Both the position numbers and the translations under genes were made by a program. Positions 51,628 to 64,000 of a stretch of DNA of 64,000 bases are shown piece by piece (the stretch's first letter is position 1; each line of letters starts with the position of its first letter). The notes under the pieces are model-generated. The model ran no database searches, was not told the DNA's origin, and was given only the letters and a program-made list of their open reading frames with translations. The DNA comes from Chiloscyllium plagiosum. Lineage: Eukaryota. The stretch lies in the NCBI RefSeq assembly GCF_004010195.1, contig NC_057719.1, forward strand, positions 6,215,054 to 6,279,053. Reading direction: 5' to 3'.

Positions 51628-51774
51628 GTCTGACTCCAGTGCTGGTCTTCCTCAGGGTCAATTCATGTGGCTGGATGACCTCCATCTGCAAACTGCACAG
51701 ACCTTCTGTATAGACAGAAAAGCTGATCCTGCCAACTGGGAGTACAAGTCACTCTATCGGGGAGATTTGGCAAG
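51628..51774 (+). CDS. NRDE2: NRDE2 coding exon 4 (FMWLDDL...TFCIDRKADPANWEYKSLYRGDLAR), start of the MTR4-interacting region
   Basis: Not in the ORF track; translated by hand. Acceptor tttgcag|G, donor CAAG|gtactt. DPANWEYKSLYRGD is the same as in human NRDE2. Confidence 0.95.
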
Positions 51775-52039
51775 GTACTTGTAATGAGAGGAGCCGAGAA
51801 TTCTGATTAAGTGGTGCTTTCCTTCCTAGTGCTGGACCGACAACACAAGTTGTGATACGGTCTGGCATTAGCACTTTCCGTAGCTCAGTGTCCGCTTTAG
51901 GCTGGGGGAGGCCATTGCAAGCCATGTGGACAATCAATGAGAGATTGAAAATGGCCACACATTACCCTCTCTTTTGTACCTGTCACTTGATTTGTCTGTT
52001 AAAATATCTATCTGGTTCCCTTTTGATTTTGTGACTTTT

Positions 52040-52342
52040 ATAGAATTGTAGAATCCCTACAGTGTGGAGGCAGGCCAATTGGCCCATCGAATCCACACTG
52101 ACTCGCCAAAGAGCATCCCAGCCACACCCACCCTATCCTTGTAACCCTGCATTTCCCATACCTAATCCACCTAGCCAGCACATCCCTGGACATTAAGGCC
52201 AATGTAGCATGGCCAACCCACCTAACCTGCACATCTTGGGATTGTGGGAGGAAACCGGAGCACCCAGAGGAAACCCACACTGACATGGGAGAATGTGTAA
52301 ACTCCACACAGACAGTCACCACTAACCACTGAGCCACCATGC
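52040..52342 (-). mobile_element. HE1-type SINE
   Basis: V-core and tail; deletion in the head. Confidence 0.8.
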
Positions 52343-52569
52343 CACTTAGAATCACTGGGTGGTACAGCACAGAAAGTAGCTAGCTCTTTTTGACTGCAGT
52401 ACAGTTAGTCCTATTACCCTGCTTTTTATTTCCATATTCTTGCAATCTTTTTCTCCTGTGGTATTTATCAATTTGTGTTTTGAAGGCTGTTATGAACTCC
52501 CTATTCAGCATCCGATTAGGCAATGCACCCACTGTTTCTTTGAGGCTATCTCTAACTAGCCTCTGATCA

Positions 52570-52694
52570 CCTGATGAAGGAGCGGCGCTCCGAATGCTAG
52601 TGCTTCCAACTAACCAGTTGGCCTCTAACTATGGTGTTGTGTCATTTTTTTTAAACTTTATACACCCCAGTCCAACAGCGGCATCTCCAAATCA
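52570..52694 (+). mobile_element. Short PLE-type element (family B), 13-bp TSD, starting at its hammerhead-like core
   Basis: TAGCCTCTGATCA at 52557-52569 and 52695-52707. Confidence 0.8.
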
Positions 52695-53734
52695 TAGCCT
52701 CTGATCAGGTTTTTAAAAGCCTTCTGGGCCCCATTCTGTCTTGGTGACCACTTTGTTTGCCAGTGGTCCCATGAAAGTTCCCTACTTTGAGGACGCAATA
52801 TAATTCCAAGTAGTAGTTGCTGAATTTGACATTGTTTCTCTCTGTTCCACAGTTAAATCTTAACTCTGTTACATTTCCAGGTTCCTGTTACCGTTACATA
52901 ATTCCAGTGTGTGTATTTGCAGAAATTATCTTTGTTCAGCTGTCTTCAATTTTACTTCATTTGAAACCCATGATGGGGGTATAAAACGTGTGATTGAATT
53001 TTCAATGTGCCTCTGACATTGCCCAGCAAGGCCACAGGGCAACTGAGAGCAGTAACTGCAGCCTCGTTACTGTCATCCAAACCTCAAGAGCAAATGTATC
53101 TTTGTTTAAATGAGTGGACTGCCAAGGGATGCAGTTCCTCGCATCAGTGACAGGTTCTTTGAAGGGTGGGAAAATTCTGTGACTTAGAGCACCCAGTTAT
53201 TTAACGGCAATCCATTTCCCAGTGAGTCATTCGAATGCAGCCTGCACTAATGGAGTGCCCTCCCTTGTGCCCCGTGATCCTCCTCCAGCTGACTGCTGAA
53301 CAATGCCTAATGTCAATCCTGCTTCGACAACGAGACAAACCTAATTGGCCATGAGATGAAATGCCTCATTAATTGTCACATTGCAGATCTTGCAGTCTGA
53401 CTGCTTTTCGCACAGTGGTAAATGGGATATATCCAGATCGATGATGTTTGACAGAGGCTTGTCACGTCAATTATCTCAGTCGCTGGTAGGAGAGTGTGGA
53501 GAGATTGAATTTTTAAGAAATCATTGGCGTGTCATTCTTATGACACTGCCCATTTTTTCAGACATCATTATACTAGCAGCTAGCATAAGCTTATTCCTCC
53601 ACAGATGCTGTGTACCTATACAGGGATAGAATGACAGTGCAGCACAGATTTATCTAGAAGGCAGGCTTAAGCGAGTTTCAATTGGTCATTGGTAGTACAG
53701 AGCTTGAGATTGCTTTAAAACAAAAAGACACATT

Positions 53735-54640
53735 TTAGAGTCACAGAGATGTACAGCATGGAAACAGACCCTTCAGTCCAACCAGATATCCCAACCCAAT
53801 CTAGTCCCACCTGCCAGCATCCGGCCCATATCCCTCCAAACGCTTCCTATTCATATACCCATCCAAATGCCTCTTAAATGTTGCAATTGTACCAGCCTCC
53901 ACCACATCCTCTGGCAGCTCATTCCATACACGTACTACCCTCTGCGTGAAAAAGTTGCCCCTTAGGTTTCTTTTATATCTTTCCCCTCTCACCCTAAACC
54001 TAGTTATAGTTCTGGACTCCCCGACCCCAGGGAAAAGACTTTGTCTATTTATCCTACCCATGCCCCTCATAATTTTGTAAACCTCTATAAGGTCACCCCT
54101 CAGCCTCCGATGCTCCAGGGAAAACAGCCCCAGCCTGTTCAGTCTCTCCCTGTAGCTCCAAATCTCCAACCCTGGCAATATCCTTGTAAATCTTTTCTGA
54201 ACCCTTTGAAGTTTCACAACATCTTTCCGTTAGGAAGGAGACCAGAATTGCACGCAATGTTCCAACAGTGTCTGGATTAGTGTTGCTGGAAGAGCACAGC
54301 AGTTCAGGCAGCATTCGAGGAGCAGTAAAATCAACGTTTCGGGCAAAAGCCCTTCATCAGGAATAAAGGCAGAGAGCCTGAAGGGTGGAGAGATAAGCTA
54401 GAGGAGGGTGGGGGTGGGGAGAAAGTAGCATAGAGTACAATAGGTGAGTGGGGGAGGAGATGAAGGTGATTGGTCAAGGAGGAGTGGGTGGTCTATTATA
54501 CAATCCCAATAAGGTGATCATCCTTTTCTTATTTCTCAGTTCCACCCAAATAACTTCCCTGGATGTATTTCTGGGAATATCCTCCCTCAGCACAGCTGTA
54601 ATGCTATCCCTTATCAAAAATGCCACTCCCCTTCCTCTCT
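53735..54640 (-). mobile_element. HER1/CR1 3' part, PLE terminal repeat (~54280-54490), CR1 EN fragment
   Basis: ORF 53801..54217; family A-like repeat with intact CTGATGA...GAAAC on -. Confidence 0.85.
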
Positions 54641-55431
54641 TTGTTTAAGCTTTTCATCTAACACTCATCAGGACTAGGGTGTAGGATTGCTCGCTGAGCT
54701 GTAGGTTTGATATCCAGACTTCTCAGGACATTTTCCATGAATACAAATTCCATGGGAAAACCAATATTTATGCTTCATGATGTGAAGGTCATCTGTTATG
54801 TTAGGGAATGGTGGGGTAGGCTTGAGGTGATGAATGACTTCCTCCTGTTTCTGATGAGTCCTGTGTGTTAATATATGTTGCTTTCAGCATGTTCAAATGT
54901 GCCACGCCCAGCTGGTATCAAACAGCTCACTTGTCAACCAATCAGCACTCTCTAGAAAAATTGTGTTTTTTCTTCTTGAATTTGTATTCTTGCAAAATGT
55001 CCTGATGTGTGCCAAGTGGAAAGCTTTGACTAAATGTCTTTTCTTCAGCAATACTAGAATTTAACTGGTTGATTAACTTGGCTTGTACTGTTGATTACGG
55101 AGATTGAGAGATGGTCTAATTGAGGTGTGTAAAAGTAAGAGATAAAGATTTGGGGTCGATACAAAGGAACTGTTCCTTGTCTTGGGTGAATCAAGGACAT
55201 GGTGACATTATAAAATTAACTAAAGCTTGTGCTATTCCAATGTAAGATCAAGCAGTACTTCTATACATGAAGCAGTAGAAATCTGGAACTGTCCCTTGAA
55301 AGACTGGTGTTAAAGGGGATCTACAGGAGTGTTCCAGACTGAGAGAATTCTTCAACATAGGGAGAAATGAAGTCCACAAGCTAATTGAATGAAAGGGCAG
55401 GCCTGAAGGACTGAATGGTCTACTTCTCTGC

Positions 55432-55931
55432 NNNNNNNNNNNNNNNNNNNNNNNNNNNNNNNNNNNNNNNNNNNNNNNNNNNNNNNNNNNNNNNNNNNNN
55501 NNNNNNNNNNNNNNNNNNNNNNNNNNNNNNNNNNNNNNNNNNNNNNNNNNNNNNNNNNNNNNNNNNNNNNNNNNNNNNNNNNNNNNNNNNNNNNNNNNNN
55601 NNNNNNNNNNNNNNNNNNNNNNNNNNNNNNNNNNNNNNNNNNNNNNNNNNNNNNNNNNNNNNNNNNNNNNNNNNNNNNNNNNNNNNNNNNNNNNNNNNNN
55701 NNNNNNNNNNNNNNNNNNNNNNNNNNNNNNNNNNNNNNNNNNNNNNNNNNNNNNNNNNNNNNNNNNNNNNNNNNNNNNNNNNNNNNNNNNNNNNNNNNNN
55801 NNNNNNNNNNNNNNNNNNNNNNNNNNNNNNNNNNNNNNNNNNNNNNNNNNNNNNNNNNNNNNNNNNNNNNNNNNNNNNNNNNNNNNNNNNNNNNNNNNNN
55901 NNNNNNNNNNNNNNNNNNNNNNNNNNNNNNN
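55432..55931. other. Assembly gap
   Basis: Run of 500 N. Confidence 1.
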
Positions 55932-56786
55932 TTTCGGGCACAGGCCCTTCTTCAGGAATGATAAGGTAGATAAGGTAGAGGCAGGCAAATTGTTTCCACT
56001 GGTGAGTGAGACTAGGCTGAGGGGACATGGCCTCAAGATTAGGGAGAGTAGATTTAGGACAGGGATGAGGAAGAACTGCTTTTCCCAGAGTGCAGCAATT
56101 GCATGGAATTCTCTGCCCAAGGAAGCGGTCGAGGCAGCTTCATTAAATTTATTCAAGACACAGTTGGATAGGTTTTTGTATTGTCAGGGAATTAAGGATT
56201 CTGGGAATAAGGAGGAACTGAGATGATGGATTGATCAGCCATGATCTTAATGAATGGCAGAGCAGGCTCAATGGGCCAAATGATCCACTCCTGCTTCTAT
56301 TACAATGAAATGTGAATAGGCCGCCTCAACATGGAGAGGTAGGAATTGACACCCTTGGCAGAGGAGGGAATGGTAATTAAAATTCCCCAAAAATTGTCTG
56401 TCTGTGTCACTGATGTTAGAATTGATAGTTAATGCATTTTGGAATATGACCCTGCGTAGAAAATCTGTTCATTGTCAGCAGCACCAAGGAATGGCCACAC
56501 ATCTTGAGGATAATTAGAAATGTGAGATAAATAAGGGCCTTGCTAAGGATGCCCGTCACTCATGAACAAACAAGATAAAGCACTGTGCAAGTCGAATTCC
56601 TTGCCATACATGAGGTGTTAAACTTTGTCAATGCTATGTAGTTTCTGCCTCCAACACACTGAGTTCAGCATAATAATACGATTCAGTAGCAGTAGTATTG
56701 AGATATGATGTGAAGGTATTTGTTCAAAAGGTGTATTGCACGAGATTGCAATAATTCTGTCATCTATTGATGGTTGAATATTTCAG

Positions 56787-57264
56787 GTACAAGAGGTGTG
56801 GGGATGTCTGCCTTGGCCTTGACACCAGAAAGCAGCACATTATCTGGGAAGATTCACCCCGACCAAAGAAAAAGGCCAGGAAGAGGGATGATCGATACTA
56901 CAGCTCATCGGGCCTTCAGTTCCTGAGCACTGGCCCTGTTCCTGTTCGCTGTAGAGAGTGTGTGCAAGGAAGCATTCCTGTGTCTGGTACAAACTCCTTC
57001 ATACCAGTTCCAGACTGGGCAGAGATTGAAAGTAAATCCTTAGGCACTGTCACCTGGTTCAATCCACTTGGAATTTACGATGAATCCACCGCTTTGTGGC
57101 TCCAGGGAAAAGGCCGAGAGGAGCCGGAGAAGCAAGCCTGCGTGCCCTCCGATAGCAGTGAGAAGATAAACTGGGTAAACATGGCCAAAGTGGAGATGTT
57201 CAATAGGATGTTGAGAGAAGACCCTGGGAATGTCCAAACCTGGATGGAGTTTGTTCGTTTTCAG
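56787..57264 (+). CDS. NRDE2: NRDE2 coding exon 5 (YKRCGDVCLG...WFNPLGIYD...WMEFVRFQ)
   Basis: Within ORF 56767..57375. Acceptor tttcag|G, donor CAG|gtgggt, phase 0. Conserved NPLGIYD and FNRxxREDP...WMxFVxFQ motifs. Confidence 0.95.
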
Positions 57265-57569
57265 GTGGGTCTTGAAACATTCAGCCCAGATTTGAAGTTA
57301 TGTGCGTTTGAGGGTGGGATGAGCCTATCAGTTTATTCCACACATCATCTGTTTGTTAAGAAGACTGCAGAATAGCACCTGTGCTGTTGGTACTGGACAC
57401 TATTGTGGATAAAACCATTTGGGATAAACCAAGGAAAGCTACTATTTTTACGACTCGATTTGGCAATGAAGTAGTGTGGTGGAGGAAGGGAATTTTCTAG
57501 TTTTGAGCTTCTGGGAAAGATTGAGTTTGAGGAGAAAGAAATGCAGGACAGTAGGGTGGGAGGAGGGTG

Positions 57570-58135
57570 AGGAGGAGGGTAGTGCTCCCTTCACGTTCGG
57601 GTTGGGGGGTGNNNNNNNNNNNNNNNNNNNNNNNNNNNNNNNNNNNNNNNNNNNNNNNNNNNNNNNNNNNNNNNNNNNNNNNNNNNNNNNNNNNNNNNNN
57701 NNNNNNNNNNNNNNNNNNNNNNNNNNNNNNNNNNNNNNNNNNNNNNNNNNNNNNNNNNNNNNNNNNNNNNNNNNNNNNNNNNNNNNNNNNNNNNNNNNNN
57801 NNNNNNNNNNNNNNNNNNNNNNNNNNNNNNNNNNNNNNNNNNNNNNNNNNNNNNNNNNNNNNNNNNNNNNNNNNNNNNNNNNNNNNNNNNNNNNNNNNNN
57901 NNNNNNTGGGTGTGCTTGCTTCAAAGTGGGAGGAGTGGGGGGGGCAGGTGTGCTCCCTTCACTGTGAGGGGAGTGCTCCCTTCACAGTTGTTGGGGGGGC
58001 AGGGGTGCTCCCTTTTCTGTGGGGGGTGTGTGTGTTGGGGGCAGGGGTGCTCCCTTTTCTGTGGGGGGGGGAGTGAGGGTGCTCCCTTCACGGAGGGGGG
58101 CAGGAGTGCTCCCTTCACAGTGAGTGGGGGGGTGC
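57570..58135. repeat. G-rich minisatellite (gggg..gtgctcccttcac unit) spanning the gap at 57612-57906
   Basis: At least seven gtgctccctt cores separated by G-runs. Confidence 0.8.
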
Positions 58136-58749
58136 TATATGTCAATCTCAGGGTATGTGACTGTTGCTTAAGGACCAAACAATTCTGTCGTCTCGAAAGC
58201 AGATAATGGGGATCTCCGCCTCAGCCAATATGAACAAGGGTTGCTGGATTTGAGCTACATATTTCCTAGCCAGCAGTTGATGGAAATGCCCACTCTCTCA
58301 GTGAATCTGCCGCAGCACCTTGCTCAAAGTGTGAGAGAGAGAGAGAGAGAGAGTGACCATAAAATGTAGAAGCAGGAGGAGGCCATTTGGCCCATCCAGT
58401 CTGCTCTGCCATTCAGTGCGGTCATGGCTGATCTGATAATCCTCAACTTCACTTTGCTACCATTTCCCCGTAACCTTCATTCCCCCAGTGATTAAAAATC
58501 TATCTCCGCCTCCCGTATTGACCTAGCATTGAGTATACTTAATAACCCAGTCTCCACAACAGCCATACTTTCCCTTTCATGCAGCATACTGACTCAACCT
58601 GATTATATTGCATATTTCTGAATGCTTTCTAGTACATCCCTTATGAATAAGCCATTGGGAAATATTAGAGGCTATGTCAACTGCCCTGCACTTAATCTCC
58701 TTTTTGAATAAGGGTGCTCTAGGCCTCCTAGAATCTTAGGATTCTGTAT

Positions 58750-59063
58750 GATACAGTGGCTCAGTGGATAGCACTGCTGCCTCACAGTGCCAGGGACCCG
58801 GGTTCGATTCCAGACTCCGGTATGTGTGGAGTTTGCACGCTCTCCCCACGTCTGTATGGGTTTCGTCAGGGTGCTCTGCTTTCCTCCCACAGTCCAAAGA
58901 TGTGCAGGCCAGGTGAATTGGCCATGCTAAATTGCCCACAGTGTTAGGTGCATTAGTCAGGGGTAAATACAGGGCAGGGGAATGGGTCTGGGTGGGTTAC
59001 TCTATGGAGGGTCACTGTGAATTTGTTGGGCCAAAGGGCCTGTTTCCATACTGTAGGGAATCT
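58750..59063 (+). mobile_element. HE1-type SINE
   Basis: A and B boxes (tggctcagtgg; ggttcgattcc) and V-core. Confidence 0.88.
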
Positions 59064-59809
59064 TAAAAAGAAATAACTACCATCCACGGTCTCTAAAGCC
59101 ACTGGTTTTTGGCCCCATTAATTTCTTTAGTAATTTTTCTCACGTTATTTTTTTTCCTCGTTTCCCCTTTTACTCCTAGATTACATTGCATTTTTCGATT
59201 GCCATCAATGTCTTAAACCATGAAGACGTATTTATTCAACTCATCTGCTATTTCCTGCTGGCCCATTATTAGAGTAATGATGGCCTAGTACAGATCGGAT
59301 ATAGATTGTGGCCCTATCTTTTGCCAACTGAATGGGGTTTATTTGATCCAGTTACTTGAAGGCCACTGCTCTCTGGGACTCTAGCAGCTCCTCTCTGCTA
59401 ATACAGAAACTTTTGTTTCTTGGTTATGATCTGGTATTGCTCTAGGCCATTGGGATGTTGTTACTAACTTGTTTGTCTCTAGATTCTCTGTGCTAGCTCA
59501 GAGAATAAAGAAATATAGGCAAGCTAGACTGATCGCTGTACCAGAGAGCTGGGAGATGTTGGCTCTAAATTTGAGGAAGGTTGTATTGGATTACCAACCA
59601 GCATGTGAACTGCAATGGTTCAAGAAGGCAACTCACCCCCATCTTCTCAAGGATAACCAGGGGCAGGTAATAAATGCTGGGCCCAGCCAGCAATGCCACA
59701 TGCCACAAGTGAATTTTTAAAAATATTAATTTCTAGTGTTAAGTATTGGTGATCAACAAGTCACATGGACGTTGCCATCTTGCATGTTTGGGAGTTGATT
59801 TATAACCTT

Positions 59810-60755
59810 GCTGCAGGACTTGACCAAGTGTGAACATAGGAGGTATAGTTAGTAAGTTTGCAGGGACACCTAGATTGGAGATGTGGATGTGAAGAAGGTT
59901 ACCTCAGAGTACGACAGGATCTTGATCAGATGGGCCGATGGGCCAATGGGCCAAGGAGTGGCAGATGGAGTTTAATTTAAATAAATGTAAGGTGCTGCAT
60001 TTTGGAAAGGCAAATCAGGACAGGACTTGTATACTTGATGGTAAGGTCCTGGAGGGGGTTTTGCTGAACAAAGAGACCTTGGAGTGCACGTTCATAGCTC
60101 CTTGAAAGTGGAATCGCAAGTAAACAGGCTAGTGACGACGGTGTTTGATATACTTTCCGTTATTGGTCAGAACATAGAGTACAGGAGTTGGGAGGTCATT
60201 CTGCAGTTGTACAGGACATTGGTTAGGCTACTTTTGGAATACTGCGTGCAATTCTGGTCTCCCTCCTATCAGAAGGATGTTGTGAAACTTGGAAGAGTTC
60301 AGAAAAGATTTACAGGAATGTTGCCAGGGTTAGAGTGTTTGAGCTATTGGGAAAGGTTTAGGCTATTTTCCCTGGAGTGTCAGAGGCTGAGGGGTGACCT
60401 TACAGAGGTTTATAAAATCATGACTGGCATAGATAGGGTCAATAGACAAGGTCCTTTCCCTGGGTAGGGGAGTCCAAAATTAGAGGCAGAGGTTTAGGGT
60501 GAGAGGGGAAAGATTTGAAAAGGACCTAAGGGGCAACTTTTTCACACAGAGGGTGGTACGTGTATAGAATGAGCTGCCAGAGGAAGTGGTGGAGGCTGGT
60601 ACAATTACAGCATTTAAAAGCATCTGGTTGGATATATGAATAGGAAGGGTTTAGAGGGTTATGGGCCAAGTGCTGGCAAATGGGACTGGATTGGATTTGG
60701 ATATCTGGTTGGCATGGACGAGTTGGACCGAAGGGTCTGTTTCTGTACTGTACAT
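59810..60755 (+). mobile_element. HER1/CR1 3' fragment
   Basis: ORF 60084..60467 and the typical 3' UTR. Confidence 0.9.
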
Positions 60756-61318
60756 CTGAGTGTGAGTGCAGGAAGCAGTGTTTCCTGGTTATATGTCTGT
60801 GTGATGATGGCAAGGCCCACATTTATGAGCCCATGTGTAATCCCAGTAGAGAAGCTGCTGATGAATGGTTGACGGGCAACGTTTGCTCAGGCTGTGAGTT
60901 TCTGCCGTGCATCTTTTTGTGACTGAACATTCCAGTTCCTCACTTGGAGATCTTTGGGCATATGAACCAGATGTCCCACCTGATAGTGGAATCTGAAGTG
61001 AGTGTTTCCTTTTATTTCTACAGCTCTGTCTCACCGATCCAGAATTGTCATCCAATGTGGGTAAAAGGGGTAACTGAATACAAAACTTCAGTCCTCATCC
61101 CTCATAATTACCATGTGTTAGAAGGAAAATTTGTATGTAATCTCCTGAGTGTGGCTTTTGTCCATGTTGCATTTTAGTTCCTATTCCAGACCTGCTACTA
61201 GTTAGGAATTGACTGATCACATTGCATAACTACATTTGCATCACACTTCCTGGTGAAGTCAAAAGGAGACATGATTTCCCTTGTGAGAGTTGTCTTTAAT
61301 AAGTCTCCCTTCCTTCAG

Positions 61319-61724
61319 GATGAATTAATGCAGGACCCAAGTCCGTACATGACCTCTGCAGCTGAGTCTGAGAAACGGAAGAGATCCCGAAGGGCTGTCT
61401 GGGAGAAAAAGCTGGCCATTTTGGAACGGGCCATTGAGAGCAATCCCGACAATGTGGAGCTGAAAGTAGCCCGGCTGGAGCTCGGCAAAGAATCTTGGGA
61501 ACCATCCAATCTGGTCAACGAATGGAAAAAGGTGGTCTTTCTACACCCAAACAACACCACTCTGTGGCAGAGGTACCTGCTGTTCTGCCAGAGCCAGTTC
61601 AGCACCTTTTCGACATCCAAGGTCAATGGTATCTATGGCAAGTGCCTGAGTACCCTGGCAGCTGCTCTGGATGGTACCCTACTGTCCCATCCTGCACTGC
61701 CTGACACAGAGGAAGCCATGCTTG
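61319..61724 (+). CDS. NRDE2: NRDE2 coding exon 6 (DELMQ...EKKLAILERAIESN...LHPNN...HPALPDTEEAML)
   Basis: Within ORF 61253..61810. Acceptor ccttcag|GAT, donor CTTG|gtaaga. Strong similarity to the NRDE-2 domain. Confidence 0.96.
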
Positions 61725-61914
61725 GTAAGACAGAGTCTGATGTTACTCATGTACTCCTTGTACTCTGGACTAGCCGTACTCATTGGCACTTCTGTTTTCC
61801 ATTTGCCTAAAGGTCCAGGCGCAGACTATGACACAGTCCCTCACGCCAGGATTTCTGACTGTCTGGAAACCCTGATAGGAAATAGACATCCATGAGCTTC
61901 ACATATGTATCAGG

Positions 61915-62350
61915 CTCTGGGGTTGGAGGGTTTGAGCTACAGGGAAAGGCTGAATAAGCTGGGGCTGCTTTCCCTGGACTTCAGAGGCTGAGGGGTGACC
62001 TTGTACAAGTTTATAAGATAATGAGGGGGCATGGATAGAATAAACAGACAGTCTTTTTCCAGGGTAGGGGAGTCGAAAGCTCGAGGGCAGAGATTTAAGG
62101 TGAGAAGGGAAAGATTTTTAAAAAAAGACCCTGGGGGTAACTTTTTCACACAGAAGGTGGTCCGTATATGGAACGAGCTGCCAGAGGAAGTGGTGGAGGC
62201 GGATGCTATTCTAACATTTAAAAGGCATCTGGAAGGGTATATGAATAGAGTGGGTTTAGAGGGATATGGGCCAAGTGCTGGCAAATGGGACTGGATTAAT
62301 TTAGGATACCTGGTCAGTATGGGCGAGTTGGGCTGAAGGGTCTGATTCTG
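61915..62350 (+). mobile_element. HER1/CR1 3' fragment
   Basis: ORF 62031..62336. Confidence 0.9.
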
Positions 62351-62781
62351 ACCTGTCGCTGCAGCTGCAATAATTTTGTGTTTTGTTGGGGAACACCAGC
62401 TTGTATTTGCATCGCACTGTTACTTAATCCAATGTCCCAGGGTGTTGTATTAGTGGGTTAATATAAATAAGGTTAAACAAGAAACAAAGAAGCACAGATA
62501 CTGTAAATCTGAACAAAACAGGAATTACTAGTGAACATCAGCAGGTCTGACAGCATCTGCAGAGCGAAAGCAGAGCTATCATTTCGGGTCCAGTAACACA
62601 CTGTTAGAGTTTCCAACCTACCACTCACCATCCTCCTCCCCCTTTGCAAAATGTGCCAAGATCCATTTCTGTGTTTGAGGGGGGGTGGCGGTGTAAATGC
62701 AAACTGTTTGGGTTTTTACTCATTTTAACCTCTAACTCATGGTTCTTCTTAAAACAAGTCCTGTTGTGTTCATTCTCACAG

Positions 62782-62915
62782 CAATTTTCCTGCAGCAGTG
62801 TCACTTCTTGCGACAGACTGGCCATTCGGAAAAAGCCATTGCCCTCTTCCAGGCTCTCATTGACTTCACCTTCTTCAAACCTGACAGTGTTGCTGGCCTG
62901 ATAACCAAGGCACAG
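62782..62915 (+). CDS. NRDE2: NRDE2 coding exon 7 (AIFLQQCHFLRQTGHSEKAIALFQALIDFTFFKPDSV...KAQ); gene continues beyond the window
   Basis: Acceptor ctcacag|CA, donor CAG|gtaaag. Near-identical to the human segment. Confidence 0.96.
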
Positions 62916-64000
62916 GTAAAGGCAGCCTCTTCTCACCTGCTCCATAGATTTACAGACAGTCAACAAGCATTAAATAGCATGGTTAAGATGATCCAATAAC
63001 CCAGTGGTTAAGCATTGCTCTAGTGTATTGCTCTGCCATCTAGCAATACTGAGTGCTCTCTGGCCTATGCTAAGGAAGGTTAGATGAGGGTTCGTTAGCT
63101 GAGATGGCTGGTTTGTGATGCAGAGTGATGCCAACAGCAGAGGATCAATTCCCACACCAGCTGAGGTTACCGTGAGAAAGTTTCTGTCTCAACCTCCCGT
63201 CGCCTGAGTTTAACCCTCTGGTTTAACCATCACCCATCATCTCTCTTTTAAATGAGAGAGCAGCCCTGTGGTCTGATGGGACTTTGGTGCTTTCTAATCT
63301 CAGTGGGGTTTGTTGCCACCACTCTCCCAGGACTAGGAAGGATAGATCCTGTTCCCAATTGTGGTTTCCCAGTCACGTTTGAAATGTTGAGGGTGTTGCC
63401 TAATGGCCAGATCAGCCTTGCTTCTGGCTGACCCCCTCCTGGATCATCCAGCCTCTCCCTGCCAGTTTCCTCTTGTGGATCTGTACCTTCCAAGTGATCA
63501 TGCTTCCAGCGCGATTGAGCAGGCAAACTAGTGTAAACATTGTTCCTCCATGTGACCGGGCTCACAGAAAAAAGAAATCAAGAACTGTGGATGCTGGAGA
63601 TCTGAAACAAAAACAAATATTGCTGGAGGAACTCAGCAGGTCTGGTAGCATCTGTGGAGAGAAAGCAGGGTTCACCCTTTGAGTGACCCTTCCTCAGAAT
63701 TATTCTGTTATTCTGAGCATCAACTGCATTTCCCTCCCCTCAGATGCCCTTTATATTATTCTGAAACGAAAACCGAAATTGCTTAAGGAACTTGGAAAGT
63801 CTGGCAGCATCTGTGGAGCGAGAAACGCAGTTAATGCTCAGAGTTAACAGAACAATTCTGAGGAAGGGTCACTGGACTCAAAGGGTGGACTCTGCTTTCT
63901 CTCTACAGATGCTGCCAGACCTGCTGAGTTCCTTAAGCGAAGTCTGTTTTTGTTTTGAAAATGTGTTGATGGAAAAGCGCAGCAGGTCAGGCAGCATCCA

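Overview
Repeat-dense vertebrate genomic DNA, very probably from a shark. This is inferred from HE1-type V-SINEs, HER1/CR1-type LINEs and Deu-domain SINEs. The only host gene I can support is the 5' part of NRDE2 on the + strand. Seven coding exons with GT-AG introns (29612-62915) splice in frame to 1536 nt (512 codons), and the gene continues past the window end. A CpG-rich promoter with a ZNF143/THAP11 motif precedes it. The upstream 29 kb and the introns are mostly decayed retroelements: CR1-type LINEs of two or more families, RTE, Tx1-like fragments, tRNA-derived SINEs, a probable solo LTR, and many Penelope-like (PLE) pieces. There are three assembly gaps. The most interesting non-genic signals are: (i) hammerhead-ribozyme-like cores in four short PLE-type repeat families, with different but still paired helix II sequences; (ii) short PLE insertions that are often fold-back and have 11-19 bp target-site duplications (TSDs); (iii) a TSD-bounded PLE composite enclosing a CR1 fragment; (iv) two Tx1-like inserts with the same 5' end inside one small LTR-like element. 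Repeat family names are from recalled motifs, not searches. Repeat boundaries are approximate; exon and TSD coordinates were counted base by base.
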